Below are positions 18,569 through 27,946 of a stretch of 60,716 nt of DNA, piece after piece. The notes beneath the pieces were generated by a model. It searched no databases. It saw only the letters and a program-made list of their open reading frames with translations, and had not been told where the DNA came from. Position 1 is the first letter of the stretch; each line of letters starts with the position of its first letter. The translations under genes were made by a program, and so were the position numbers. Origin of the DNA: Candidatus Dormiibacterota bacterium (GTDB lineage Bacteria; Chloroflexota; Dormibacteria; Aeolococcales; Bog-877); the NCBI GenBank assembly GCA_027306885.1, contig DAHUYV010000072.1:1-60716 (forward strand), given 5' to 3'.

Positions 18569-19216
18569 TCAGTTGGTCCGCGGCCGGAGCGGGCGCAGCA
18601 GGTCGGTGGGCAGGTAGGCGGTCTGGGGCGGCCCACCGGCATCGATCACCTGGGCTCCCGTCGAGCTGGGGCTGGAATCCAGGGAGACCGGCGGCGGCGG
18701 CACCTGGACGGGGGTCTCGTTGGCCCAGTCGAAGTCGGGCGTCGCCCGACCCGAGCTCCCGGCCGGGCCCGCCTCTCGGACCGGGCCGGCGGCGACCGGC
18801 AACGGCGCCGGCTCAAGGCTGAGGGCCGTCTCGCGCGCCGGCGGAGTGCCGCCCGGGGAGGATCGGCCGAGCAGCAGGGCCGGCAGGGACTCGGTGGCCG
18901 GGAGCATGGTCATGCCGGTGGCCTCTGCCATCCACCGCACCGTCTCCGGGGGCCAGATGGAGCCGGACGCGTCCACAAAGCAGCGGGTCGGTGAGAGGTG
19001 GGGCACCTGCCCCAGCAGGGTGAAGCCGGGATGGGCGGCGCACACCACCGCGTCCGGTCCCGAGCCCGACTCGACCAGCGAGCGGATCGGCTCCAGGCTG
19101 CTTATCGGGTCGGCGAGGTCGGGGTCGGCGTCCGGGCCGACCACTCGGAAGTTGGGGAGCAGATGGCGGACCCGGATCGCCAGGTCGGAATCGCCCACCA
19201 CCACCACGATCGCCAT
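18569..19216 (-). CDS. Hypothetical protein (alpha/beta N-terminal domain, Pro-rich tail)
   Basis: Clean co-directional ORF between menC and folB; no family recognised with confidence. Confidence 0.6.
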   Translation of the reverse strand: MAIVVVVGDSDLAIRVRHLLPNFRVVGPDADPDLADPISSLEPIRSLVESGSGPDAVVCAAHPGFTLLGQVPHLSPTRCFVDASGSIWPPETVRWMAEATGMTMLPATESLPALLLGRSSPGGTPPARETALSLEPAPLPVAAGPVREAGPAGSSGRATPDFDWANETPVQVPPPPVSLDSSPSSTGAQVIDAGGPPQTAYLPTDLLRPLRPRTN

Positions 19217-19265
19217 CAGCCCGACCCCGCCGCCCGCCGCAGACCCAGCCCGGCTCGGACCCCGG

Positions 19266-20393
19266 TCATGCCACCTCCTCCATGTGGATGGTGGCCCGGT
19301 CCAGCCGGGCGGGGTCCACCTCGACTCCGAGCCCCGGCCCCTCGGGGACCGGCAGCGTGCCGTCGGAGGAAAGGCGGAAGGGAGGGTCCACCAGGTCCTC
19401 GGTGAAGTACCGGTCGCTGGCGGAGGTGTCGCCGGGAAGGGTGAAGCCGGGGAGCGAGGCCAAAGCGAGGTTGGCCGCGCGGCCGATGCCGGTCTCGAGC
19501 ATCCCCCCGCACCAGACCGGCCAACCGGCGGTCACACAGGCGTCGTGCACTGCTCGCGAAGGCACCAGACCCCCAACCCGGCCGGACTTGATGTTGAGGA
19601 TCCGGCCAGACTCAAGGTGCACGGCCGCCCTCAGGTCGGCGAGGGACTCCACACTCTCGTCCAGGCAGATCGGGGTGGCGATGGCCGCCTGCAGCTGGGC
19701 GTGGTCGATGAGGTCGTCGTGACCTAGGGGCTGCTCGATCATCATCAGGTTGAACTGGTCCAGCTGCCGGAGGTGATCCAGGTCCGCCAGGGTGTAGGCG
19801 CTGTTGGCGTCCAGCATCATCGGAGTGTCGGGGAAGGCTGAGCGGACCGCTCGGGCCAGCTCCACGTCGTACCCCGGCTTGCACTTGAGCTTGATGCGCC
19901 GGTACCCCTGCGCCAGGTAGCCGCCGATGAGATCCAGGGTGGCGGGGAGCGAGGGCTGGATACCGATGCTCACCCCACTTGGGATCCGCCGCTTCTCGCC
20001 ACCGAGGATGGTGGCGAGGCTGAGCCCCGAGGCCTGGCCACCGAGGTCCAGCAGAGCCATCTCCGCGGCTGCCTTGGCCATGTTGTGGCCGCGCACCCAC
20101 CCCCACCGCTCGCTGAGCGCCAGCGGGTCGGCGGCCTCGCCTCCGAGAACCGAGGGCAGGATGTGAGATCGCAGCGCCTCCATCGCGGTGGCCGCGGTCT
20201 CGGCCGAGTAGCCCGGCTCGATCCCCGCCGCGCACTCGCCGAGTCCACGCAAGCCGCCGGCGTACAGCTCCACCAGCACCGCGCGGCGCTCGGTCTGGGT
20301 CCCGAAGCTGGTGGTGAAGGGCGAGACCAGCGGAAGGGAGACCACCCGCAATCGGGCCCGTTCGATCCGCAGCGCGGGCAGCGCTCGGATCAC
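19266..20393 (-). CDS. menC: o-Succinylbenzoate synthase / N-succinyl(acyl)amino acid racemase (enolase superfamily)
   Basis: RIKLK, MLDAN, IEQP, LDES, NIKSGRVGG, WCGGMLETG and DTSAS. GTGA overlap with the M20 gene. Confidence 0.92.
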   Translation of the reverse strand: MIRALPALRIERARLRVVSLPLVSPFTTSFGTQTERRAVLVELYAGGLRGLGECAAGIEPGYSAETAATAMEALRSHILPSVLGGEAADPLALSERWGWVRGHNMAKAAAEMALLDLGGQASGLSLATILGGEKRRIPSGVSIGIQPSLPATLDLIGGYLAQGYRRIKLKCKPGYDVELARAVRSAFPDTPMMLDANSAYTLADLDHLRQLDQFNLMMIEQPLGHDDLIDHAQLQAAIATPICLDESVESLADLRAAVHLESGRILNIKSGRVGGLVPSRAVHDACVTAGWPVWCGGMLETGIGRAANLALASLPGFTLPGDTSASDRYFTEDLVDPPFRLSSDGTLPVPEGPGLGVEVDPARLDRATIHMEEVA

Positions 20394-21562
20394 TCTCCGA
20401 CCCCCTCGCCGGTCAGGGCCCACAGGCAACCCGCCAGCAGCGCGGCGCGGTCGGGAATCGAGGTCAGGTCGGCCCACTCCCCCTCGGCGTGGGCGCGGCC
20501 GCCGACGATGCCGAGCCCGTCCAGCGTCGGGACCCCGAGGGCGGCCGTGAAGTTGCCGTCGCTGCCCCCGCCGACCTGGACGCCCTGCAGCTCGTCCCAG
20601 CCCAGCCAGGCGGCCACCTCCCCCGCAAGGCTGAAGAGTCCCGCCGCCGCCTCCCGTTCCAGCGGAGGACGGTTCAACCCTCCCGTCACCTCGACGCGCG
20701 CCTCCGGGTGGGCCGGGGCCAGCTCCCGGAGCCCGCGATCGACCCGCGCCGACTCGGCCGCTGTCGGGAAGCGGGCGTCGACCCGCAGCTCAGCCCGATC
20801 CGGCACCACGTTGGTGCGCGCACCCCCGAGGAAGACGGTCGGCGTGACCGTGGTGCCCGCGACGGGGTCGGCCAGCGCCTCCACCGCCGGGACCAGGCGA
20901 GCCAGCTCGACGACCGCGTTCACCCCCGACTCCGGCTCCAGCCCGGCGTGAGCGGCGCGGCCGCGCACCTCCAGCCGGTAGGTGCCCACCCCCTTGCGGC
21001 CGATCTTGACCGCCGAGCCGGCCGGGGGCTCCAGCACCAACACGGCGCGGCTGCGACGGGCCTCCTCCTCGATGAGCGCCCGGGAGGTGGCGCTGCCGAC
21101 CTCCTCATCCCCGGTGCAGAGAAGTCGTACCGGAGGCTGAGGCCCGCCGAGTGCGGCCAGCGCAGCCAGGGCCGCCAGGCCCACCACCACGCCTCCCTTC
21201 ATGTCGAAGACGCCCGGGCCCACCGCTCGCCCGCCCTGTCGCTGGAAGCCGCCGGGGAAGGCGCCCCGCTCCCACACGGTGTCCAGGTGGCAGAGGAGCA
21301 GCACCGCCCTGCCTTCGACCCCGCCGGTCAGCAGCCTGAGGTGGGGAATCCCCCCCACGAACTCCCACGAGGCCTCCCGTGGCGAGAACCACCGGGAGGC
21401 GAGGTTGGCGACCGCGGTGGCACAGCTCTTGATGCCGTCTCCGTCGCCGCTGGGAGACTCCAGGCCGACCAACTCGGCCACCGCTGAGGACCATTGGTCG
21501 GCTCGGCCCGACAGCCAGGCACGCAGCTCGGCGGCAGGCACGGGAGCGGAGATGGGGCCCAC
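20390..21562 (-). CDS. M20 family metallopeptidase (carboxypeptidase G2-like)
   Basis: CHLDTVW, GPGVFDMKGG, DEEVGS, VLEP, AAHAG, GGGSDGNF and DGLG. Confidence 0.9.
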   Translation of the reverse strand: MGPISAPVPAAELRAWLSGRADQWSSAVAELVGLESPSGDGDGIKSCATAVANLASRWFSPREASWEFVGGIPHLRLLTGGVEGRAVLLLCHLDTVWERGAFPGGFQRQGGRAVGPGVFDMKGGVVVGLAALAALAALGGPQPPVRLLCTGDEEVGSATSRALIEEEARRSRAVLVLEPPAGSAVKIGRKGVGTYRLEVRGRAAHAGLEPESGVNAVVELARLVPAVEALADPVAGTTVTPTVFLGGARTNVVPDRAELRVDARFPTAAESARVDRGLRELAPAHPEARVEVTGGLNRPPLEREAAAGLFSLAGEVAAWLGWDELQGVQVGGGSDGNFTAALGVPTLDGLGIVGGRAHAEGEWADLTSIPDRAALLAGCLWALTGEGVGE

Positions 21563-21592
21563 CCCCAGATTCTATTGCGGTGCGGGCCAGAG

Positions 21593-21805
21593 TCAGCCGC
21601 CCGCCGTGCGGCGAGCGACCTCCTCGGCCGGCTCCTCCTCACCGCGAGCGAGGGGGGACACCACCGCGGTCGGCAGGGGATCGATGTGGGGCGGGGAGTG
21701 GCCCAGCATCGACCCCACTAGGAGAAGCAGCGCCGCCGCGTCGGAACGGAGCCGGGACTCCCGCCAGCGCCGGCTGAGCAGCCAGCGCGAGAGAAGCCCG
21801 GTCAT
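21593..21805 (-). CDS. Small hypothetical protein
   Basis: Fills the gap between the SLT and M20 genes; ATG 9 nt after the SLT stop. Confidence 0.35.
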   Translation of the reverse strand: MTGLLSRWLLSRRWRESRLRSDAAALLLLVGSMLGHSPPHIDPLPTAVVSPLARGEEEPAEEVARRTAGG

Positions 21806-21813
21806 CACCCCAC

Positions 21814-22446
21814 CTACTTGCAGACCCACTCCGACGACTCGCCGATGGAGAACATCTTGGCGGCGATATTCGCCTGCTGGGTGGGGTCCCAGATGTCCGT
21901 CCCGCCGTGGCCGTAGAAGGTGGCGGGCATGAATTGGAAGAGGCCGCTGGCGCCCGAGGATCGATTGACGTCCGTGGGGTTCAGGCCGGACTCACACTGG
22001 GCCACTCCCAGCAGCCAGCTGTACGAGACGTTGTACTTCTGAGCCGCGGCCCAGATGATCTGCTTGATCGTGCCGACCGGTGGCTCGGCCACCGGTTGCC
22101 AGAACGCGCTCCCGTACGGCCGCGCCGCTGCCGCCGCCGGAGGGGGGGGTGGAGTCACCTTGGTCACCGACAACGGCATGGTGATCTCATACCCGGTGCT
22201 GGAGAGGACGTTGCGTCCCTGGCCCGCCAGTTGGGCGATCACACTCGGCGCTGGCGAACTCGGACCCACCACCGACCCGGTGGTCAGGGCTCCGATCACC
22301 GGCGCCAGAGCCATGAGGCAGACGGCGGCCGCCGCCCAGCGCAGTCGCCCCGCCAGCAGCGGCAGCGAGCGCTGCCGCGCCGCCGCCTGCGGCCGGAGCG
22401 TCAGCTCAAGCGGGGCCGTATATGAAACCCAGGTACCCTGCGCCAT
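21814..22446 (-). CDS. Membrane-anchored lytic transglycosylase (SLT/Rpf-like)
   Basis: TM segment, Pro-rich linker, then AQCESG (catalytic Glu), ASGLFQF and a C-terminal EWVCK. Confidence 0.85.
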   Translation of the reverse strand: MAQGTWVSYTAPLELTLRPQAAARQRSLPLLAGRLRWAAAAVCLMALAPVIGALTTGSVVGPSSPAPSVIAQLAGQGRNVLSSTGYEITMPLSVTKVTPPPPPAAAAARPYGSAFWQPVAEPPVGTIKQIIWAAAQKYNVSYSWLLGVAQCESGLNPTDVNRSSGASGLFQFMPATFYGHGGTDIWDPTQQANIAAKMFSIGESSEWVCK

Positions 22447-23362
22447 CTGTCACCCATCTGTAGTCGACTCTGTCCCACCCGCCTCCCGGAACGCCCGAGA
22501 AGTTCATCTCCGAGATCTCGAAGGACCCCGGCTTCACCGCCACCACGTAGGCGACATGTCCGTACCCGTAGCTCTCGCCAGCCACATCGATGCCCCACAC
22601 CACCACCGAGCCCACCTCTGGCGTCTGCCCCTCGGCGTACCCCGCGGCCGCCGCGTTGGCCCACCACTGGTAGGCGTTGCCACCCCAGGTCACCTTGCGC
22701 TGGGAGGCAACCCACCAGGTGCAGTCGCCGAAGGCGAACGACCAGTTGCCGGTCCCGATGCTCGGCTGCGGCGTGGTGAGCTCAGCCAGAAGCTGCTGCG
22801 ACTTCACCCCCAACTGGTCCTGGACGGCCATCGCCTGGCCCTCGTCGGCCCGCAGCTGGGCGGTGGAGGTCGCCACCACCTGCTGGTCGTGCTCAATGGT
22901 GCCCACCAGCTGGGCGACCTGAGAGGCGACGGCGGCCGGGAGCGTCGTGCTGGCGAGGAACTGGGAGAGGTTGGGGGCGGCCAAGGCGTCGGCCACCGCC
23001 TGACTGCCGTTCCCGTCCACATACGCGGTGCTGACCAGGTTGGTGAGCGCGAGCCGGTCGGCCGCCATCTGCTGCTGCAGGGCTCCGGCCGCCTGCTGAT
23101 CTGCGGACAGCTTGGAGTTGAGCTGCACGAGGTAGGCCTGCTCGCTCTGGATTTGGGTCAGCAGAGCAAGCACCTGGCTCTGTGAGGTGAGATCCCCCTG
23201 AGCGCGGAGCTGGTCTAGCAGTCGGGTGAGCTGGGCCTGGTCATTGGCGAGTCCCTGCTGGGCGCTGGCGTTAGGACCTGGCCCCAGCACGGCTGAGAGC
23301 CAGACCATTCCGGCCATCGTGATCGCAAGCGAGACGCGCCCAAGAACTTGGGCTCCGCGCAT
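22406..23362 (-). CDS. Secreted coiled-coil + CHAP domain peptidoglycan hydrolase
   Basis: Signal-like N-terminus, coiled coil, FAFGDCTWWV, YGHVAYV; ends LGFIYG. ATG with SD GGGAGG. Confidence 0.88.
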   Translation of the reverse strand: MRGAQVLGRVSLAITMAGMVWLSAVLGPGPNASAQQGLANDQAQLTRLLDQLRAQGDLTSQSQVLALLTQIQSEQAYLVQLNSKLSADQQAAGALQQQMAADRLALTNLVSTAYVDGNGSQAVADALAAPNLSQFLASTTLPAAVASQVAQLVGTIEHDQQVVATSTAQLRADEGQAMAVQDQLGVKSQQLLAELTTPQPSIGTGNWSFAFGDCTWWVASQRKVTWGGNAYQWWANAAAAGYAEGQTPEVGSVVVWGIDVAGESYGYGHVAYVVAVKPGSFEISEMNFSGVPGGGWDRVDYRWVTDGAGYLGFIYGPA

Positions 23363-23425
23363 ACGTCCTCCCACATAAGCGCGTGCGTTACGGGGGTGGA
23401 CGGTAACCGATCCCCCCCGGCCGGG

Positions 23426-24478
23426 TCAAGCTCGAACCCGGCGCCGAGGTTCGACCGGGAACTCGTGGACCAGATCCACCAGCCGGCGGAGCTGATCCGG
23501 CTCGGTGTCCGGCAGCACCCCGTGGCCGAGATTGAAGATGTGCCCGCGGCGACCTCCGGCCCGGGCCAGGACGTCCTCCGCGAGGGGCCGGAGGCGGTCC
23601 CAGGGGGCCAGCACCGCGGCGGGGTCCAGGTTCCCCTGCAGAAAGCGGTCGGCGCCGACCACCTCCCACGCCTGGTCCAGCGGGACCCGCCAGTCCACCG
23701 ATATCCCCGGAGCCCCGGTGCCGGCGATCTCGGAGAGCAGGTGGCTCGAGCCGGTGGAGAAGTAGATGGCCGGCACCGACCCCCGCAGGCTTGAGAACAG
23801 GCGGCGCAGATGGGGTAGCAGGTGCTCCCGGAAGCTTGCCGGGTCGAGGATGCCCACCCAGCTGTCGAACACCTGGAGCACCTGGGCGCCCGCCCCGGCC
23901 TGTGCCAGCAGATAGCCGGCCAGGACCTCCGTAAGGGTCTCGAGCAACTGGCCCAGCATCGCCGGATCGCTGTGGAGCAGGGCCCGGACCCGTGGGTAGT
24001 CACGGCTGCCCCGGCCCTCCACCAGGTAGCAGGCCAGGGTGAACGGCGACGGCCCGAAGCCGATCAGCGCTGCCTCGCCGGCCAGCCGCTGGCGGGCGAG
24101 CCGGATTCCCTCCAGCAGGAAGGGGTAGGCTTCCGCCGCGCCCAGGGTCCGCAGGCTCTCCACCTGGGACCTGGTGCGGATCGGGTTCTCGACCACCGGC
24201 CCCACCTCCTCGCGGATCTCGAAGGGCACGCCCATGCCCTCCAGCGGCAGCATGATGTCGGCGTACAGAACCGCCGCGTCCACTCCCAACAGCTCCACCG
24301 GCAGGCAGGTGACCTCGGCACACAGCTCGGGCTGATGCACCATCTCCATCAGCCCCCAACGGCGCCGGAGCTCGCGGTACGGAGGCAGGGACCGACCCGC
24401 CTGGCGCATGAACCAGACCGGGGTGGCGTCCACCTCCTCGCGCCTGGTCGCGGCGAGGAGCCGCCCCTCCCCGCGCAT
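23426..24478 (-). CDS. hemE: Uroporphyrinogen decarboxylase
   Basis: PVWFMRQAGRSLP, DAAVLYADI, QVFDSW, QGNLDP and HIFNLGHG. Confidence 0.96.
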   Translation of the reverse strand: MRGEGRLLAATRREEVDATPVWFMRQAGRSLPPYRELRRRWGLMEMVHQPELCAEVTCLPVELLGVDAAVLYADIMLPLEGMGVPFEIREEVGPVVENPIRTRSQVESLRTLGAAEAYPFLLEGIRLARQRLAGEAALIGFGPSPFTLACYLVEGRGSRDYPRVRALLHSDPAMLGQLLETLTEVLAGYLLAQAGAGAQVLQVFDSWVGILDPASFREHLLPHLRRLFSSLRGSVPAIYFSTGSSHLLSEIAGTGAPGISVDWRVPLDQAWEVVGADRFLQGNLDPAAVLAPWDRLRPLAEDVLARAGGRRGHIFNLGHGVLPDTEPDQLRRLVDLVHEFPVEPRRRVRA

Positions 24479-24516
24479 CCTCCCCGGTGCCCCTGCAAGT
24501 ACAGCATCATGGCAGC

Positions 24517-25392
24517 ATGCCAAATCGGGGCGTCGCCTGGAGGGGCTGGGTGGCCGTGGCCCACCTCGGCCCCTCGGCTGCGTGCACGGCGTTCACCACC
24601 CTCTCCGCCTGGGCGGCGGCCCGCTCCACCGCACCTCCCCACTGGCGTCGCCGGACCCTCCTGGCCGGGTGCGCCATGGCGCTGGCCCAGGTGAGCACCG
24701 GTTCTCTCAACGATGTGGCGGATCGGGAGGCCGACCGTCTCCACCAGCCGTACAAGCCGATCGCCAAGGGGCAGGTGTCGACCGGTCCGGCGCTGGCCTT
24801 CGCCCTCTCCACCGGGTTCGGGTCATTGCTCTTGGCCTTCCAGTGCGGGCGCGGAGCCGCCAAGGTCATGGCGGTCGGGCTCGCGAGCGGTTGGGCGTAC
24901 GACCTGGGACTGCGACGCACGCCGCTCTCCGGCCTGCCCTTCCTGGTTGGGATCGCCACCGTTCCCCTGCTGGGCCCGTCGGCCCTCCAGGTCCCGCCGG
25001 TCCGCCCGCGGATGCTGATGGCCATGGCGGGGCTCCTGGGCGTGGGGCTCCACCTCGCCAACGGCGGCCCGGACGTGGTCCGTGACCGCGCCGCCGGGCG
25101 ACGCAGCCTGCCGGTTCTGCTGGGGATCACCGGCAGCCGGCTCGGCTCGCACGCCGCGCTCACCGGGGCCGCCGCCCTCGGCGTCGCCGGCAGCCCTCGC
25201 GGCGCCCGCGCCGCGGCCGGCGCCGGGGCCGCGGCCGGGCTCTCCCTGCTGGCGCTGGACCGCGCCACCATGAGTCCCCAGCGGGACCCCGGGCACTACC
25301 CCTTCGTCCTGCCGGTCCTTGCCGCCGCGGCGATCGCGGGAGGCTGGCTGATGGGTGCCGCGGCGCCGCCCCCGGCAGCACGCGCGTGGTGA
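24517..25392 (+). CDS. UbiA superfamily prenyltransferase
   Basis: First Asp-rich motif NDVADREAD...KPI; second motif N...D...D..AGRRSL; multiple TM segments. Confidence 0.8.
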   Translation: MPNRGVAWRGWVAVAHLGPSAACTAFTTLSAWAAARSTAPPHWRRRTLLAGCAMALAQVSTGSLNDVADREADRLHQPYKPIAKGQVSTGPALAFALSTGFGSLLLAFQCGRGAAKVMAVGLASGWAYDLGLRRTPLSGLPFLVGIATVPLLGPSALQVPPVRPRMLMAMAGLLGVGLHLANGGPDVVRDRAAGRRSLPVLLGITGSRLGSHAALTGAAALGVAGSPRGARAAAGAGAAAGLSLLALDRATMSPQRDPGHYPFVLPVLAAAAIAGGWLMGAAAPPPAARAW

Positions 25393-25982
25393 GCGGGGGC
25401 GGCGCCCCGCTCGGACCCGCGGCCGGCGAGCCGGGACGCGCCGCGCCCGAGGTCCGGCTGCGGCCCTCCGACCGAGAACGCCTGCGGGGAGCCCTCAGTG
25501 CCGCAGGGACCGTCGCCCTCCTCATGATCCCGGTTGGCCTGGTGCTGGGCCTGCTCACCGGCTCCCTGCTCTGGCTGGTGGTGCTGGAGTTCTGGGCGGT
25601 CTTCTCCGCCGGCCTCTCCTACGCCGGCCAGGGCCACAACGCCGTCTTCGTCAGCGACAAGGGGATCCGCCGGGTCTTCCAGAGCTGCAGCGTCTCAGCC
25701 CCCTGGGCGGGGCTGTCGGGTGTGGAGGTGACCATCCCCGGCCAGCGCATCGTGGTGTTCCGGGTGAACGCTGCGGACTGCCAAGTGCAGCGGGTCGGCT
25801 GGGGTGGCCGCCGAGCGGCGGAGGCGCTGCGGCGCAACCCTCCCGACGGCTTCAAACTGCGCTTGGACCGCGCCACCGCCGATGCCCTGGTCACCATGAT
25901 CCGCGCACGGCGCCCCGACCTCCCCGGCCTCTCCAGCTGGGAGCAGGAGAGCCGACCCGAGCCCCCCGCGGGCCGCGGCTGA
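25386..25982 (+). CDS. Hypothetical membrane protein (2 TM + PH-like soluble domain)
   Basis: Two TM helices followed by VFVSDKGIRR...W..L..V; coupled to the UbiA gene. Confidence 0.6.
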   Translation: MVSGGGAPLGPAAGEPGRAAPEVRLRPSDRERLRGALSAAGTVALLMIPVGLVLGLLTGSLLWLVVLEFWAVFSAGLSYAGQGHNAVFVSDKGIRRVFQSCSVSAPWAGLSGVEVTIPGQRIVVFRVNAADCQVQRVGWGGRRAAEALRRNPPDGFKLRLDRATADALVTMIRARRPDLPGLSSWEQESRPEPPAGRG

Positions 25983-25996
25983 GGTGCCGGCCCGGA

Positions 25997-26299
25997 TCAG
26001 TCCGTGCCGGCCAGCAGCTGACGGCGCAGGCGCAGGCGCTCCTCGGCCCGGAGCTCCTCAAGGGCGGAGAGCAGGGCCGCCGTCGACTCCTGCGCCGCCC
26101 TCGAAATCTCGACCAGACGGGGATCGTCGAGGTCGAGCAGGCGGGCCTCCAACCGTTCTCCCCGCCGCAGCAGCGAGCGGGTCTCGGATGTGGCGGCGTC
26201 CAGTCCCTGCAGCCTGCCGAGGGCGCGGCCCCGGGAGCCTCGCCTCCCGACGGGGGATCCCGGCTCATCCTCCAGCTCGTCCCCCGGCTCGATGGTCAC
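25997..26299 (-). CDS. Small hypothetical coiled-coil protein
   Basis: Leu/Glu/Arg-rich helical ORF; the start is uncertain. Confidence 0.45.
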   Translation of the reverse strand: MTIEPGDELEDEPGSPVGRRGSRGRALGRLQGLDAATSETRSLLRRGERLEARLLDLDDPRLVEISRAAQESTAALLSALEELRAEERLRLRRQLLAGTD

Positions 26300-26493
26300 G
26301 AGGCCGCCCCGGGGCGGCGGGCCGGGGCGGCATGCGTCTCCGACCGCGCGGCGCCCACCGCCCTGGAGGGGGTCTTTCCCCGGGGTCCGGGCGGAACGAG
26401 GATGGCGGCTCCGAGGAGGGCGAGCGCGCCCAGGTGGTGGCGCCGCCCCTCGCCGCCCCAATCCCGATCTCTGCCCAGATCCGCCGCGGTCAA
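26296..26493 (-). CDS. Candidate 65-aa small protein
   Basis: TTG after SD GAGAGGA; the stop overlaps the next GTG (GTGA); one hydrophobic patch. Confidence 0.3.
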   Translation of the reverse strand: MTAADLGRDRDWGGEGRRHHLGALALLGAAILVPPGPRGKTPSRAVGAARSETHAAPARRPGAAS

Positions 26494-26669
26494 TGGCTTC
26501 CTCTCGGTCTCCTGCTGGTCGCGATCCGCCTCCCCAGAGTGGTCTCGGAGGAATCGGGGCTGGCGCCTGAGATTGTCCGGGAAAACCGCTGTCGGCGGGT
26601 CGAGCGGGTTGCCCGTCGCGGCGCAGCGCTCGCGCCGAGGGGGGTGGTGGAAGGGGGATCCCCGGCCGA

Positions 26670-27917
26670 CTACGGCTGGGCCAGCGCCGAGCGTCCGGGG
26701 CGCCGGCCGAAGCACGGGATCAGCAGGACCCCAGCCACCAGGTACGAGGCCGCCATCACCGTGAACCCGGCCCCGAAGCCCAGGTGTTGGATCACCTGGC
26801 CCAGTCCCACGATCCAGAGGGAGCCGACGCCGTATGAGAGGGCGAAGTAGATGCCGAACATGCTGGCCTGGGCTGAGCTGGTCACGCTGTCGCTGACCAG
26901 GGCCTGGAGCAGGGGGTTCTCCACATAGGCGACCAGTCCCACCACCAGGGCCAGGGCGGCGATGCCCGCCAACGGGAGCGACGAGGCCAACCCGAAGGAG
27001 AGCACCGCCACGGCCGAGAGCGCGTACGCCGCCCACAGCACCGGGACCCGGCCCAGGCGGTCCGAGAGGAGCCCCCCGAGGATGGGGCCGAGAACCGCGC
27101 CGAGCAGCATGAGGTTGAAGATCACCCCGACGGTCGTCTCGGGGAGGTGCACACCGTTGCGCAGGTAGAGCGGGACGAAGGCGTTCAGGGTGCCCAGCCC
27201 CCGGCCGCCGGCGGCCACGGTCGCCGCGATCACGCCCAACACGGCGACCCTCGGATCGATGAGCTGCTGGCGACTGAAGCGAGGCAGGCGGGGCCGCAGC
27301 CCAAGGCGTGGGAGCCCGGACTCCCGGTCCCCGGGGACCGGGGGGAAGGTGAGCAGCAGGATCAGGCCGAGGAGGAAGAGCGGCGCCGCCAGCGCCAGCA
27401 GGGTTGGGCGCCAGCCCAGGCGGCTGATCATCAGCGCAGCGGGGATGGGGATGATCAGCGACCCCACGCCTCCTCCGATGGTGGTGATGCTGAGCGCGGT
27501 GCCGCGCCGTTCCGGATACACCCGCGTGGCCACCGAGCTGCCCACCGGATGCTGCTGGCTGGAGGCGAGCAGGGCCAGTCCCTGCCCGGTGGCGAAGACC
27601 CCGAAGTTCGGGGCCAGCGAGCCCACGATGGCGCACAGCCCGACCACCAGGTTCTGGCAACCGAGGATCCACCGCGCCGCCACCCGCCTCCCCACGTAGC
27701 CCGCGCTGGCCTGGGTCAGGCCACCCACCACTCCTATGACCCCGACCGCCAAGCCCAGCGTCGCGTAGTTGAGGTGGAAGTCGATGAGGACCGCGGGGTA
27801 GGTGAGCGGGATCAGCGCCGAGTACATGTGCTGGCCGGCGTGGGAGGTGGCCACGAGGCCCAGCGCCCGGCGGCGGCGCACCCCAGCCAGCTCTCGCGGC
27901 TCCTGGGTGACCTCCAT
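26670..27917 (-). CDS. MFS transporter
   Basis: About 12 TM segments, motif A-like GGLLSDRLGR and QHP; ATG after TATCCT-N7. Confidence 0.9.
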   Translation of the reverse strand: MEVTQEPRELAGVRRRRALGLVATSHAGQHMYSALIPLTYPAVLIDFHLNYATLGLAVGVIGVVGGLTQASAGYVGRRVAARWILGCQNLVVGLCAIVGSLAPNFGVFATGQGLALLASSQQHPVGSSVATRVYPERRGTALSITTIGGGVGSLIIPIPAALMISRLGWRPTLLALAAPLFLLGLILLLTFPPVPGDRESGLPRLGLRPRLPRFSRQQLIDPRVAVLGVIAATVAAGGRGLGTLNAFVPLYLRNGVHLPETTVGVIFNLMLLGAVLGPILGGLLSDRLGRVPVLWAAYALSAVAVLSFGLASSLPLAGIAALALVVGLVAYVENPLLQALVSDSVTSSAQASMFGIYFALSYGVGSLWIVGLGQVIQHLGFGAGFTVMAASYLVAGVLLIPCFGRRPGRSALAQP

Positions 27918-27946
27918 TGGCCCCAGGATACGGGCGGCCCCCCCGG

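Noticed and set aside
24517-25392. Heme O synthase (ctaB) call based on adjacency to hemE
   Set aside because: The characteristic CtaB motif is absent.
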